DNA of 64,000 bases from positions 1-64,000 of the forward strand of contig CAVWHO010000001.1 of assembly GCA_963754875.1 (NCBI GenBank), written 5' to 3'. The DNA comes from Nitrospirota bacterium (GTDB lineage: Bacteria; Nitrospirota; UBA9217). A model generated the notes under the pieces. The model ran no database searches. It had not been told where the DNA came from and saw only the letters and a list, made by a program, of their open reading frames with translations. The translations under genes were made by a program, and so were the position numbers. Within the stretch, counting starts at the first letter, position 1. Each line of letters opens with the position of its first letter. Positions 22,019-32,021 of the stretch are shown in pieces.

Positions 22019-22210
22019 GTGGACAGACGAAAATTCCTGAAGCTTGCGGCACTGACCGGCTCAGGACTGGGACTGCCCGACGGATGGGATAAGCTTGCCG
22101 GGGCAGCAGAGCCGCCAACACGTCCCGATCTGGTTGTTGCGCATGGACCATCACCGGAAAGGATCGTGCATGCCGCCCTCAAGGGGAAGGTCTTTCTTAA
22201 AAGAAGCTAA
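22019..22210 (+). pseudogene. Truncated Tat-exported protein, N-terminus resembling DUF362 proteins
   Basis: MDRRKFLK Tat motif, then PDLVVAHGPSPERIVHAAL; resemblance is lost at about 22180. Confidence 0.6.
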
Positions 22211-22504
22211 ACCTGCACAAGTTGAAATCCGAGGGGTCTCAGGGGCGAGGGTGTTGAGAAATCGCTTGCTGTATTATAATTCAAGATTTTCATTGCGCCT
22301 CTGCGATGAAAGATTTTGAAACTGCAACAGAGGAGTCGGGGGAAGAGGTGACGGGAGCAAAGTTGGGTATATCCCCCATACCCGCGTTGCCACTCGTAAA
22401 CATCGGGGCAGACGGGAGATCTCATTATTAGAGGGAGCCTCCGTCCCTTGCCGGAAGGGGCTCCACTGCCTGGCAGACCTGGCCGGATGCGTGATCATGA
22501 TCCT

Positions 22505-25150
22505 CTACCGGTCCAGCACCTCCCGTATTTTTTTCAGCAGATCGACCGGGGAAAAGGGTTTGAGGATGAGTTCCGCTTCGCGGTCCGGCACGCCGTCCTT
22601 CGTAAAGATATCCTCCGCGTAGCCGCTCATGAAAATGCACTTGACGTCAGCACTCATGGCCTTGATCTGCCGGGACGCTTCTCTCCCGTTCATCCTCGGC
22701 ATGATGCCGTCCAGGATCACAAGGTGAATATTTTCTCTGTTCTCCTTGAATTTGGCAACAGCATCCGCTCCGTCGACCGCCTCGATGACGGTGTAGCCAA
22801 AATGACTGAGCGCCACCACGCTCATCTGTCTCAGAGCCTCATCGTCCTCGGCCACCAGGATGGTCTCTGCTCCGCCCTCAGGCGCGATCGGCGTTTCTTT
22901 CTTTTTACGATCAGCATGCTTGGGTTCTCGCGTTAGGGGGAGGTAGATTTTGAAGGTCGCCCCCTTTTTCAATTCACTGCTTACGTTGATGAAGCCCTCA
23001 TGCTGTTTGACGATCCCATATACCATCGACAGACCGAGCCCGGTGCCTTTTCCCTGTTCTTTCGTGGTAAAGAACGGCTCAAATACCCGTGTTGCCGTCT
23101 TCTCATCCATGCCGGTGCCCGTATCGGACACTGCGACGAACGCGTATTCGCCTTCTTTGCCGTAACCGTGCGCTTCTATGAAGTCCCTCTTCAAATTGAC
23201 CTGTCTCGTGTCGATGACCAGCTTCCCGCCGTTTGGCATGGCGTCCCGGGCGTTGGTGACGAGGTTCATGATCATCTGCTCGATCTGTGCCTTGTCCGCC
23301 ATGACCCAAAGGGGACCTTCGCTACAATTGATTTTCAGCGTGATATCCTCGCGGATCAGCCGGTGGAGAAATTTCTCGAACCTCTTGATCACCTCATTCA
23401 GATTGATCACGGCAAGGTTGACCACCTGCTTTCTGCTGAAGGCAAGGAGGCTCTGCGTGAGGACCGCAGCCCTCTCGGAGGATTCCAGGATTTGTTCGAT
23501 ATTGTGCCGAAGCGGGTCGTCTTCGTCCATCTTCATCAACGTGATGTGGGAATAGCCGACGATCGCCGAAAGGATATTGTTGAAGTCGTGTGCAACGCCG
23601 CCGGCCAGCAGGCCGATCGCTTCCATCTTCTGTGCCTGGCGGAACTGCTCCTCGAGTTTCTTGCGCTCCGAGATATTGATGCCCACGCCGATGATATACC
23701 GCTTATCGCCGATCAGCATACGGTATCCCGTCAGATAGAACGGAACGGGCATGCCGCTTTTTGTTATCAGCGATATTTCCATAACAGTCTGTCCGGTCTC
23801 GATAACCTCCTGCATTTTGCCGGCCATCAGTTTGCGATCGGTCCAGAACAGCCGGTATACGTCCATCTGCGAGAGCTCTTGTTGGGAATAGCCGGTCACC
23901 TCTTTTTCATTGCTGTTCCAGCGGATGAGACGTCCCTCTTCGTCGCATATATAAAAAATGCCAGGGAGACTATCGATGATCGTTTCGGAGAAGCTTTTTT
24001 CCTGCGCCAGTTGTTCGTAGGCTCGTTTGAGAGCCGAGGACCGCTCCTCGACGCGCAATTCCAGCTCATCGCGCGCCTTGACGAGTTCCGCTTCAGCCTG
24101 TTTGATGTGCGTGATGTCCCGGACGATGAGCACGTGCGCGAGGGACTGGCGGTCCTCGCCCTTCATGATGGATACGGAAAGATCAAGAATGCGTTTGTCT
24201 CCGCCCGGCTGATGGCTGGTAAGCTCTTGGTGAAGAATTGGCCCGCTCGTTTCAGATTCGGCAATGTGACCGGCAAACGCCGTATCGTCGATGATCGCGG
24301 TAATGTGCCTCCCCAGGAAGTCCTTCTCGGCATATCCAAACAACTGCGTCGCCGCTTTGTTTACCAGGCGGATGACGCCGTCCGCGTCGAGCACGACCAG
24401 CGCGTCATTCATCGTGTCGAGGACCTTCTGCGCGGCAAATTGCGGGGTGATATCCACGAGGCGATACCGCCAGATGGTGAACGCCATGAGAGCGATCGAG
24501 GTAAGTACCGGGAAAAAGCCAAATGGATAGACGGGAATGTTCAAATCGGACAGATAATCGACGAATCCTCCGGAAGATATCCCGAAGGCAATCAACAGCA
24601 ATCGAGTTCTTTTTCGGCGGGTGCTACCCAGTTCCGCCGCCTGATAGTCCCGGTAGTATCGAAGTACGCTCATCCCGAGAAAGCCGAGGAAAAACGCCAG
24701 GTAGGCGATGCTGAGAAGGGTAAATCGGGGACGGTACCCCCACGCGAAATGACGGACGCCGTTGATCAATAGGTCGGTGCTTACGAACAAAACGACGAAA
24801 AGGGCGGACAGAAACCAGCCTGCCCAGACACATCGCTTGTGCCGGGGATAGGACTTTAAGAACTGTACGGTAAAGTGGTAAAGGGCAGCGGGCATGAGTG
24901 GAACGCCGACATAAATTGCCCGCGCCCACCACAGGGCGGCCTGCTCATCGACGGAGCATCGGAGAAAGAACGCAGAGGTGAACCATATGACGACCGTAGA
25001 CCCGAGGACGAACAGGGTTCTTCCCAGAGCGCGGTCTTCCCGCAGTGCGCCTGCAGAGGAAATAATGAAACAGGCGACTGCCGTGGCTAGCAGGGGAACG
25101 GCGCCGGGAGAAGGCTGGTAGCTTGATGTACTGACGATCTGCTCTATCAT
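22505..25150 (-). CDS. Hybrid sensor histidine kinase (7TM N-terminus, 2 PAS, HisKA, HATPase, receiver)
   Basis: AHDFNN, NLVTNARDAM, DTGTGM, FFTTK..GTGLGL; C-terminal REC (AEDD, LDGIMP, KPF). Confidence 0.95.
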   Translation of the reverse strand: MIEQIVSTSSYQPSPGAVPLLATAVACFIISSAGALREDRALGRTLFVLGSTVVIWFTSAFFLRCSVDEQAALWWARAIYVGVPLMPAALYHFTVQFLKSYPRHKRCVWAGWFLSALFVVLFVSTDLLINGVRHFAWGYRPRFTLLSIAYLAFFLGFLGMSVLRYYRDYQAAELGSTRRKRTRLLLIAFGISSGGFVDYLSDLNIPVYPFGFFPVLTSIALMAFTIWRYRLVDITPQFAAQKVLDTMNDALVVLDADGVIRLVNKAATQLFGYAEKDFLGRHITAIIDDTAFAGHIAESETSGPILHQELTSHQPGGDKRILDLSVSIMKGEDRQSLAHVLIVRDITHIKQAEAELVKARDELELRVEERSSALKRAYEQLAQEKSFSETIIDSLPGIFYICDEEGRLIRWNSNEKEVTGYSQQELSQMDVYRLFWTDRKLMAGKMQEVIETGQTVMEISLITKSGMPVPFYLTGYRMLIGDKRYIIGVGINISERKKLEEQFRQAQKMEAIGLLAGGVAHDFNNILSAIVGYSHITLMKMDEDDPLRHNIEQILESSERAAVLTQSLLAFSRKQVVNLAVINLNEVIKRFEKFLHRLIREDITLKINCSEGPLWVMADKAQIEQMIMNLVTNARDAMPNGGKLVIDTRQVNLKRDFIEAHGYGKEGEYAFVAVSDTGTGMDEKTATRVFEPFFTTKEQGKGTGLGLSMVYGIVKQHEGFINVSSELKKGATFKIYLPLTREPKHADRKKKETPIAPEGGAETILVAEDDEALRQMSVVALSHFGYTVIEAVDGADAVAKFKENRENIHLVILDGIMPRMNGREASRQIKAMSADVKCIFMSGYAEDIFTKDGVPDREAELILKPFSPVDLLKKIREVLDR

Positions 25151-25557
25151 CACTCAGTTGAGGTCAGCTGCCACCGGCAACCGCTGACGGGTCAAATCAC
25201 AGTGAACAATACTGGTATGTGGGCAAACGTTTGCTTCACACAATTGGTGGCATAACCATGTTATCAAGCGCACCCATAACACACTAAAATGAGTGAGTCC
25301 GACAGATAGAATCATTAGTGACATGTTTTGACCAAATTATATGTCTGATTCGTCAATATGTCAACGATACCGAATAGATATATCGTCGACAGATAATTTT
25401 TTAGGAATATATATCGCTAACGAATTCTAGCTGAAACTTAATGTGTTTCTAAGAAGGGAAACGCTAATAGGAAGAAGATCTCACCGCATCCAAGCGCCTG
25501 ACGAACAATTGATTCAATATCGCACGGAGAGACACTCAATACATAGCTTCGCTATGC

Positions 25558-25944
25558 TTATACATTAGTCCCAGGCCAAATGCTACGGGTTTGTGTACTA
25601 CTCTGCATTAAAAGAGCAAGGTTTTCAACTAACTGGTCTTTTGTAATGAAAATATCCGCACCCGCACTTAAAAAAGCCTTATCTTGATGATCACTACTGC
25701 AGCCAATGATAAAAACGTCAGGATGGTGATGGCGCAGTAATCTGCAAACTACGTCGCCCTTCATGCCCGGCATATGATAATCAGTAAGAATTACATCAAA
25801 ATTTTGTTTTTTTGAAAGCTCGATAGCATCAAAGCCATTATGGCAGCAGAATACAACATGATCATCTGCTTCAAGCAGACCTTGAATGGCCCCGGCGAGC
25901 AATTCATCATCGTCAACGATAAGAATTACTTTTTTTGCCTGCAT
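25558..25944 (-). CDS. Single-domain response regulator
   Basis: ILIVDDD, ILTDYHMPGMKG, AGADIFITK. Confidence 0.85.
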   Translation of the reverse strand: MQAKKVILIVDDDELLAGAIQGLLEADDHVVFCCHNGFDAIELSKKQNFDVILTDYHMPGMKGDVVCRLLRHHHPDVFIIGCSSDHQDKAFLSAGADIFITKDQLVENLALLMQSSTQTRSIWPGTNV

Positions 25945-26055
25945 GGATTCTCCGCTGTATTATGATCAAGACATTAAATAAAACATAAAGCCTCGAATAT
26001 TACTGTATTAGTATCACCAATGAGTGGTTAATGCCATACCCCGGTAGGGGTATTT

Positions 26056-26322
26056 TTAGGGTATATCGTGTGCCCGATTTGCGGCAGGGGGAAGTGGTTG
26101 AAGAAAAGTACGGCATATCTCACTTCTCAACTCCGCCAGGGTCTCCATGCCATCAATGCCCGGCATTTTCAGATCAAGGAGGATTACCTCCGGCGCCGCT
26201 TCCCGCACCAGTTCCAGCGCCTGCCTGCCGCCTGGATTGTTGAAAATCCCTTGGTCTGGAGGGATTTCCGACAAGACAGCTCTGATCTTCTGATCATCAT
26301 CAACGATAAGGATGCTATGCAT
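26056..26322 (-). pseudogene. Truncated receiver-domain remnant
   Basis: ILIVDDD and LLDLKMPGIDG present; C-terminal REC half missing. Confidence 0.7.
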
Positions 26323-26592
26323 AACGAACGTTTACTCTCTCAAGACGAAGGCTGGGGAAATTCCCTTATGTCCATTCGAAATTTGCCGCTCCACGCTGTA
26401 TCGCTCCGATACCTTACTCAGTTACAACCTTTTTTAAAACATAACACAGGGTAAATGAATGTGCGATGAAAAGGCTGAAAGGAGAGGGAAAAGGAGGGCC
26501 TGTGTTAACTATGACTGTATTAACTATGACTTGCCTTTTTCTTCCGTCTGTATTATCATTTCAACGCATAAAGCAGATGAATTGAATGAATC

Positions 26593-27075
26593 ATGCAAAA
26601 ACTTCGCAGACTGACCCAGGGACTTTTCCTCCTTTTCTTTTTCTTTTTGTTCATCCAGACCGAGTCCAGGGGAGCTGACTCGCTCGGCTATCCCGTGCGC
26701 CTGTTCCTCGATTTTGCCCCGCTCATCTTCATCACAACAATCCTGTTCGCCCATGCCGCAGCCAAAGCTTTTTATTTTTCCCTCATCACCATTGTCATCA
26801 CGCTCGCCTTCAGCAGGGTCTTCTGCGGATGGGCGGCCGTGCATTATGTGCGAGGAAGTCTGTCCTACGCCGAAGAAGGCCATCTGGACCGAACAAGTCC
26901 GGGTGAGCGACCGTCAGGGGAAGAGCGTGCTTCTCCAGCAGCCGCATGTGGACCTCGACTGTGCATCGACTGCGGCATCTGTGAGAACAAGTGCCCCGTT
27001 CTCGGCAGGCCGGCGATCTCCGTATCGAGCGTGGGGAAGAGCAGGTCGAAGGAGAACCAGTTGTTGCTGACGTGA
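26593..27075 (+). pseudogene. Internally deleted NapH/MauM-like membrane 4Fe-4S protein
   Basis: N-terminus ending RVFCGW is joined out of frame (about 26832) to PCIMCEEVCPTPKKAI; a second shift near 26960 precedes CIDCGICENKCP. Confidence 0.75.
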
Positions 27076-27156
27076 AATCTCTTTAGTTGCTGCCTGCGGT
27101 TTGTTGTTGTAGATTATTGGTTGATCATATAAACTACCGGTTCAAGAGAGGGAAGA

Positions 27157-28023
27157 TTGAAGCACGCATATATCATCGCCATTATGGTCCTCATTCTCTG
27201 CAGCCGCGTGATGCCGGCCGCAGCAGCGCCCCGGCAAAAGATCCCGGTCAAGGCGGCAATCGTCGTTGACTCCAGCGGAGAGGTCCTTTACTCAAAATAC
27301 CCAGACGCAAGACTCGCGCCCGCAAGCACGGTCAAGCTGGTTACGGCCATGGTGGTCATCGACAGCCTCGACCCGGCGATCAAGGTGAAGATCAGCAAGA
27401 ATGCCGGGAAGGTCCGGTCCATTCAGCCGAGACTGCATGCCGACGAAGAGATGACGGTGTCCGACCTTCTTCACCTCGCCCTCATGAAATCCATCAATTC
27501 CGCGGCAGTGGCCCTTGCCGAAGCGACAGCCGGGTCGGAGCAGGACTTTGTGGTGATGATGAACCGGAAAGCGAAGGAGATAGGGACCAACAACACGCTC
27601 TTCGCAAACGCGTCAGGCCTCCCGAAGGGGACCCAGTACACCACCGCAAGCGACCTCGCCCTTATTTTGAAGGCAGCGCTCTCCTATCCCCTCATACGAG
27701 AGATACTAGGTACGAAAGCATATCTCATCAGGACGACTGGGGGGAGGGACATCATTCTGGAGAATTCGAACGATCTCCTCTGGCAGACGAATATGATCGG
27801 CGGGAAAACGGGCTATACCGGGAATGCGCGGCACTGTTTTGTGTGCGCGATCAATACGGGGAAGGGTCCCTTGTATACCGCAGTTCTCGGGGCGCGTTCC
27901 CGGAGGAGTTTATGGAGAAGCACACTCATGTTGGAGGAAATCGGGATGCAGCAGGAGGTCTTGCGCGTACTGGAGAAATCGAGCGACCCTTCAGATGCAG
28001 CACATGCTGTGGCAAGTGAATAA
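27157..28023 (+). CDS. D-alanyl-D-alanine carboxypeptidase/endopeptidase (peptidase S11)
   Basis: Signal peptide, ASTVK (SxxK), SIN (SxN), FANASGL, GGKTG. Confidence 0.92.
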   Translation: MKHAYIIAIMVLILCSRVMPAAAAPRQKIPVKAAIVVDSSGEVLYSKYPDARLAPASTVKLVTAMVVIDSLDPAIKVKISKNAGKVRSIQPRLHADEEMTVSDLLHLALMKSINSAAVALAEATAGSEQDFVVMMNRKAKEIGTNNTLFANASGLPKGTQYTTASDLALILKAALSYPLIREILGTKAYLIRTTGGRDIILENSNDLLWQTNMIGGKTGYTGNARHCFVCAINTGKGPLYTAVLGARSRRSLWRSTLMLEEIGMQQEVLRVLEKSSDPSDAAHAVASE

Positions 28024-28080
28024 CGCGCACCCCTGATGACGAGTTCAGGGAGCCGGTCCGATCAGTTACGCAACAATTGC

Positions 28081-28106
28081 GGGAACCTTTTCCATTCTTC
28101 TGCGTA
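28081..28106 (+). promoter_or_regulatory. Putative ECF-sigma promoter upstream of the sigma gene
   Basis: GGGAACCTTT...CTGCGTA (GGAACC-N15-CGTA); the same architecture recurs at 28997. Confidence 0.65.
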
Positions 28107-28221
28107 CTTACTGATATAAGCGAAATACGTATTACCCTGCCGGGATTGCAATGACGAGTTTTTCCTGTAGTTGTCTTCCCGTGCGATCCTCCGATAGAAC
28201 GCAGTATAATGCGGGGCTTCC

Positions 28222-28785
28222 GTGGACGACATCGATATCATAAAACGAGTGCAAAACGGCGATAGCGAGTCCTTTTCCCTGCTGGTGGAAAAATATCACA
28301 GGTCCCTTCTCAACTTCATCTATCGGCTCGTCGGCGACGGAAAAATCGTGGAGGATATCGGCCAGGAAGTCTTTTTGAGTATATATAAGTCGATCAGGAA
28401 TTTCGATGTATTGCGCGGCACGCCCTTTTCTGCGTGGCTGTTTATCACGGCGAGAAACAGGTGCATCAGTGAGCTACGGAAGAACCGCAGTATGCCGCAT
28501 GTTGCCATCGAAGATTCAGGCGATCTCGTGGCAAAAGGGAAATCTCCCGAAGAAGATGCCATTGAACAGGAACGAATAGAGGCTTTACGCGCTTGTCTTG
28601 TGCAACTCGACGAACCGTTCAGAAACACCCTGCTGCAGAGCCTCCGTGGAGATTCCCTCGAGGAGATTGCCGCGAAGACCGGCGCCTCGGTCGGTACGGT
28701 AAAATCGAGAATACACCGTGCGAAGGACAGAATACTGGGGTTTATGAACGAACGCATCGGAGGTAAGGACTATGAAAGAGTTTAA
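28222..28785 (+). CDS. ECF RNA polymerase sigma-70 factor
   Basis: EDIGQEVF, FSAWLFITARN, SLEEIA..GTVKSRIHRA. Confidence 0.93.
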   Translation: MDDIDIIKRVQNGDSESFSLLVEKYHRSLLNFIYRLVGDGKIVEDIGQEVFLSIYKSIRNFDVLRGTPFSAWLFITARNRCISELRKNRSMPHVAIEDSGDLVAKGKSPEEDAIEQERIEALRACLVQLDEPFRNTLLQSLRGDSLEEIAAKTGASVGTVKSRIHRAKDRILGFMNERIGGKDYERV

Positions 28786-28987
28786 ATCGTCGAGCATGTT
28801 CGTATCCAACGTGATGGAGAATGTCCGCGCCCTCGAACGAGCCAGAGAACTGGGCTTTGCACGATCGCAACAATTCCTCGCGTCACGTCCGGCGCGGCTT
28901 GCCCTGTCAACCGGCGGCGTGGTGCTGGGGCTCGTGAACCTTGTCAGGATGTGCCTTACACTGTTTTCCCCGGTTTTGTGCAGATAG
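28772..28987 (+). CDS. Small single-TM protein, probable anti-sigma factor
   Basis: Overlaps the sigma stop; FVSNVMENV followed by a hydrophobic C-terminus. Confidence 0.55.
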   Translation: MKEFKSSSMFVSNVMENVRALERARELGFARSQQFLASRPARLALSTGGVVLGLVNLVRMCLTLFSPVLCR

Positions 28988-28996
28988 GCTGCCGAC

Positions 28997-29022
28997 GGGA
29001 ACCTTTCTCTCCTGCCTGCGTA
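28997..29022 (+). promoter_or_regulatory. Putative ECF-sigma promoter upstream of the signal peptidase
   Basis: GGGAACCTTT...CTGCGTA with spacing identical to the 28081 copy. Confidence 0.65.
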
Positions 29023-29055
29023 TTGCTCAACAACAAAGGAGAGGAGGGAAGGTAC

Positions 29056-29832
29056 ATGATGAAGGAACGCACGATGGAGAGAAAAAAGTGGCTTGCCGCG
29101 GTCTTGGGGCTTGCAATGCCCGGATTGGGCCAGATATATAATGGAGAACTGGTCAAGGGAATAAGCTGCTTCGTTATTACCCTGGTTTTGTACATCGCCG
29201 GTTTCCGCGCAACGGTGTTGCTTCCCGACACCCTGCTGCTCGGGGGAGCGATCGGGGCGATCGCCGTTACCCTCGGGGCCTATGCCATCGCCGTTGTGGA
29301 TGCGTACCGCTCGGCAGGGAACGTGCGGACTGCTCCAGCTCCAAAATCCTACAACCGCTGGTATTTCTACCTTGCTGTCTGGATGCTCGGCCAGACCCTG
29401 ATAGCCGGCGCTGTATCCGATTACATCAGGACCAATATTATCGAAGCGTATAAAATTGCCAGCCCGAGCATGGAGCCTGCTGTCCTCAAGGGCGACAGGG
29501 TTTTCGCGGACAAGACCGCGTACCGCAGAATGGCGCCGAAGAATGGCGATATTATCGTCTTTATGTATCCCGATGACCGGAGCAAGGTCTTTATCAAAAG
29601 GATTGAAGGACTACCAGGCGATACAGTCACGCTCATAGACGGCACGCAGGAACGTGTTCCGCACGGTTCGGTCTATGTGCTGGGAGACAAGCGAGAGCAG
29701 AGCCTTGACAGCAGGTCCTTCGGCTTCGTTCCGCTCAGGGATGTCATCGGCAAGGTACGACAAGTTTACTATTCATCAGGCGACGAGGGGATCCGGTGGA
29801 AAAGGATCGGCACGACCCCCGTGTATCAATAA
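29056..29832 (+). CDS. Signal peptidase I with an extra N-terminal multi-TM domain
   Basis: PGLGQIYNG N-terminal domain, SPSMEP (catalytic Ser), FIKRIEGLPGD (Lys), LGD..SLDSR. Confidence 0.9.
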   Translation: MMKERTMERKKWLAAVLGLAMPGLGQIYNGELVKGISCFVITLVLYIAGFRATVLLPDTLLLGGAIGAIAVTLGAYAIAVVDAYRSAGNVRTAPAPKSYNRWYFYLAVWMLGQTLIAGAVSDYIRTNIIEAYKIASPSMEPAVLKGDRVFADKTAYRRMAPKNGDIIVFMYPDDRSKVFIKRIEGLPGDTVTLIDGTQERVPHGSVYVLGDKREQSLDSRSFGFVPLRDVIGKVRQVYYSSGDEGIRWKRIGTTPVYQ

Positions 29833-29939
29833 ATGAGACGCCGGATCTCTTCTAATTGTGGTGAGGGAATGGATGTAAAAAACATCGTGAATACACGTCA
29901 TGGTGGTCCTATTTATTCTGTAGAAAGAAGGTAAAAGCC

Positions 29940-30560
29940 ATGCCTCTCTGGATTGTCGCCATTCAATGGCTCTCCCGCTCGGTCCTGGGACTGCTTTTGG
30001 TGTTGTCCGTATGGTCCGTTGCCACCATGCTGCGCTGTTCCCGGCTTCTCCAAAAGGCGGACGGCTTGCCGAAGGAGTCTCCCGGGGAAATGGAAAAAGT
30101 CAGCACGTGGGTCGAAACGCGTCAATGGGACCTTTTGCGCGAGTGGGCCTCAAAGGGAGAAACCCTTCACGCAGGCACAGCGCGTACGATTTTCAGCACC
30201 TCGTCCGACGATTCGTCCCGGGTTGATCGGGCCGTCAGAAGCTACCTGAGTCTCGAACGATCCCGCCTGGAGCAGGGGCTAACGGTACTGGCCACGCTGG
30301 GATCGAACGCCCCCTTTATCGGTCTGTTCGGGACCGTGCTCGGGATCATCCAGGCGTTTGCAGCCCTGGGAGCCCACCAAAACAATGCATCGGACATCAT
30401 GGTGGGAATATCGGAGGCACTCATTGCGACCGCAATCGGGCTCTTTGTGGCCATTCCTGCTGTTATCGCGTTCAACGTCTTTACGAGGAAACTCAAGGTC
30501 CTGCTCGTGCGGTCGGAAGCGCTCAAGGACCTCTATCTTTCCAAGATCGAGAGGAGCTGA
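29940..30560 (+). CDS. exbB: MotA/TolQ/ExbB proton channel protein
   Basis: [39 protein letters not shown]. Confidence 0.9.
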   Translation: MPLWIVAIQWLSRSVLGLLLVLSVWSVATMLRCSRLLQKADGLPKESPGEMEKVSTWVETRQWDLLREWASKGETLHAGTARTIFSTSSDDSSRVDRAVRSYLSLERSRLEQGLTVLATLGSNAPFIGLFGTVLGIIQAFAALGAHQNNASDIMVGISEALIATAIGLFVAIPAVIAFNVFTRKLKVLLVRSEALKDLYLSKIERS

Positions 30561-30566
30561 CCTGCC

Positions 30567-30983
30567 GTGGCATCCGATCCCTTTTCTTCAAGCGACGACG
30601 ACAGCGCACCGATTTCCGTCATCAACGTGACCCCCTTCGTGGATGTGGTCCTGGTGCTGCTCGTTATCTTCATGATCACCGCCCCGTTCCTGATGCAGGA
30701 CAGCTTCGGCATTCACCTTCCCAAAGCATCGAGCGCCGATAAGTCAATCGCCCCTAAGCTGGGAGTGGCGGTGACCCGGCAGGGACAGATCCTGCTCAAC
30801 GGGATGCTCGTATCTCCCGAGCAGGTCGCCTCGCAGGTCAGGCAGGCGCTGGCTGCGAATCCCGATACACAGGCCCTTATCAGCGCCGATGCCGATGCCA
30901 GGCACGGCGATGTCGTGAAAGCGATCGACCTGGTCAAAACCGCGGGGATGACTCACTTTGCAATCCAGATTGAAAAACAATAA
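30567..30983 (+). CDS. exbD: ExbD/TolR protein
   Basis: INVTPFVDVVLVLLVIFMITAP, ISADAD..HGDVV. Confidence 0.9.
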   Translation: MASDPFSSSDDDSAPISVINVTPFVDVVLVLLVIFMITAPFLMQDSFGIHLPKASSADKSIAPKLGVAVTRQGQILLNGMLVSPEQVASQVRQALAANPDTQALISADADARHGDVVKAIDLVKTAGMTHFAIQIEKQ

Positions 30984-31602
30984 TCTTGTCTACCTCGACC
31001 ATCCCTGGGTCGTCTCCTCCCTGCTTCACGGCGTCCTGATTGCTGCGGTATTCGTCGTGCTGTTTATTTCCCAGTACAAACGGGTCCGTGATGTGGATAT
31101 CGAGATTTACGAAGCCCCCGTGCAAGCGCCGCAGCCGGTCCGGCTCGCTGCGCCGAAGAAAGAAGAGAAACCGCGGGCACACGAGGTCTTCGGCATCACC
31201 CCCAAGTCCGTTGCTTCTGACCAGGGAGAAACAGTGAAGGCGGGCAACACGGTTGCCAAGGCCCCGGACCAGGAACAGCTGAGGCCCGGAGACCCGGATG
31301 CGCTGCCCATACCGAGCGAAGATTACCTCGTTACCAACATGCCTGCGCTCCTGTCGGAAGTTCGGATTCCCTATCCCCGTGAATCCAAAAAGAAGGGAAT
31401 CCAGGGCGCTGTTGTCATGGACCTTCTGATCGATGCTACCGGGAAAGTCCGCGAAGCTACTCTTGTCGAAGGCCCCAACCAGGAGCTCAGCGCTGCTGCG
31501 CTTGCCGCGGCAAAGGGGTTCCGGTTCACTGCGGCACTGATCCAGGACAAACCGGTGGCGGTCCGGATACGGTATCTCTACCGCTTTGTGCTGGAGCGGT
31601 GA
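30970..31602 (+). CDS. tonB: Energy transducer TonB
   Basis: TM anchor SLLH, Pro/Lys-rich linker, YPRES..GIQGAV..IDATGKV C-terminal domain. Confidence 0.88.
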   Translation: MKNNNLVYLDHPWVVSSLLHGVLIAAVFVVLFISQYKRVRDVDIEIYEAPVQAPQPVRLAAPKKEEKPRAHEVFGITPKSVASDQGETVKAGNTVAKAPDQEQLRPGDPDALPIPSEDYLVTNMPALLSEVRIPYPRESKKKGIQGAVVMDLLIDATGKVREATLVEGPNQELSAAALAAAKGFRFTAALIQDKPVAVRIRYLYRFVLER

Positions 31603-31779
31603 GTGAGGTCCACAATGAGTAATTAAAGAATTCGTAAAAAGCCGATAATCGCCGAAGACCGTCATTACCCGCTCCTTGTAAAAAAAATGATGCGGGACTC
31701 TGCCGGCTTGCCCCGCTTGCAGGGCTTGTCCGGAATCGTATCTTGTCCTCACGTACCCTATAAATCTCCTCCATCATTA

Positions 31780-31808
31780 TTGACATAGCTTTGAATCCGG
31801 CATATAGT
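31780..31808 (+). promoter_or_regulatory. Near-consensus sigma70 promoter, candidate Pc of the cassette array
   Basis: TTGACA-N17-TATAGT pointing into the array. Confidence 0.75.
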
Positions 31809-31829
31809 CGTGGAAATAAATCGAGAAAA

Positions 31830-31957
31830 GCATATATCTGTAGATGCTTTATGACGGTTACAAAATTGACTAAAGCATCTACCTGTATATACAAAGTCGG
31901 CATCTACAGGTAGATACATGCATATACCCGTAGATGCTTGCATCTATAAATAGATAC
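31830..31957. repeat. Five 18-bp imperfect palindromic boxes (consensus GCATCTAC-NN-GTAGATRC)
   Basis: Copies start at 31830, 31875, 31900, 31920 and 31940. Confidence 0.9.
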
Positions 31958-31964
31958 CTATTTT

Positions 31965-31989
31965 CGTTTCTATAATATCTTTGTTATCT
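31965..31989 (+). other. Putative attI-like recombination site
   Basis: AT-rich CTATAATATCTTT then GTTATCT at 31983; GTTATC is complementary to GATAAC of the first attC. Confidence 0.55.
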
Positions 31990-32021
31990 ACTACTTGCTG
32001 GCAGATCAGCGGAGTCTATAA

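Noticed and set aside
23000..24772. 590-aa plus-strand ORF
   Set aside because: Antisense shadow of the hybrid kinase with no recognisable motifs.
25155..25260. c-di-GMP-I riboswitch upstream of the hybrid kinase
   Set aside because: Only a GCGGTTGCCG-like 3' fragment matches; the GGCAAA/GAAA/GACGCAAA core is absent.
31526..31943. Minus-strand ORFs as an integron integrase remnant
   Set aside because: No tyrosine-recombinase motifs; the ORFs run through the promoter and repeat boxes.
31830..31957. Possible CRISPR array
   Set aside because: Repeats are 18 bp and divergent, gaps are only 2-27 bp, and no cas genes are present.
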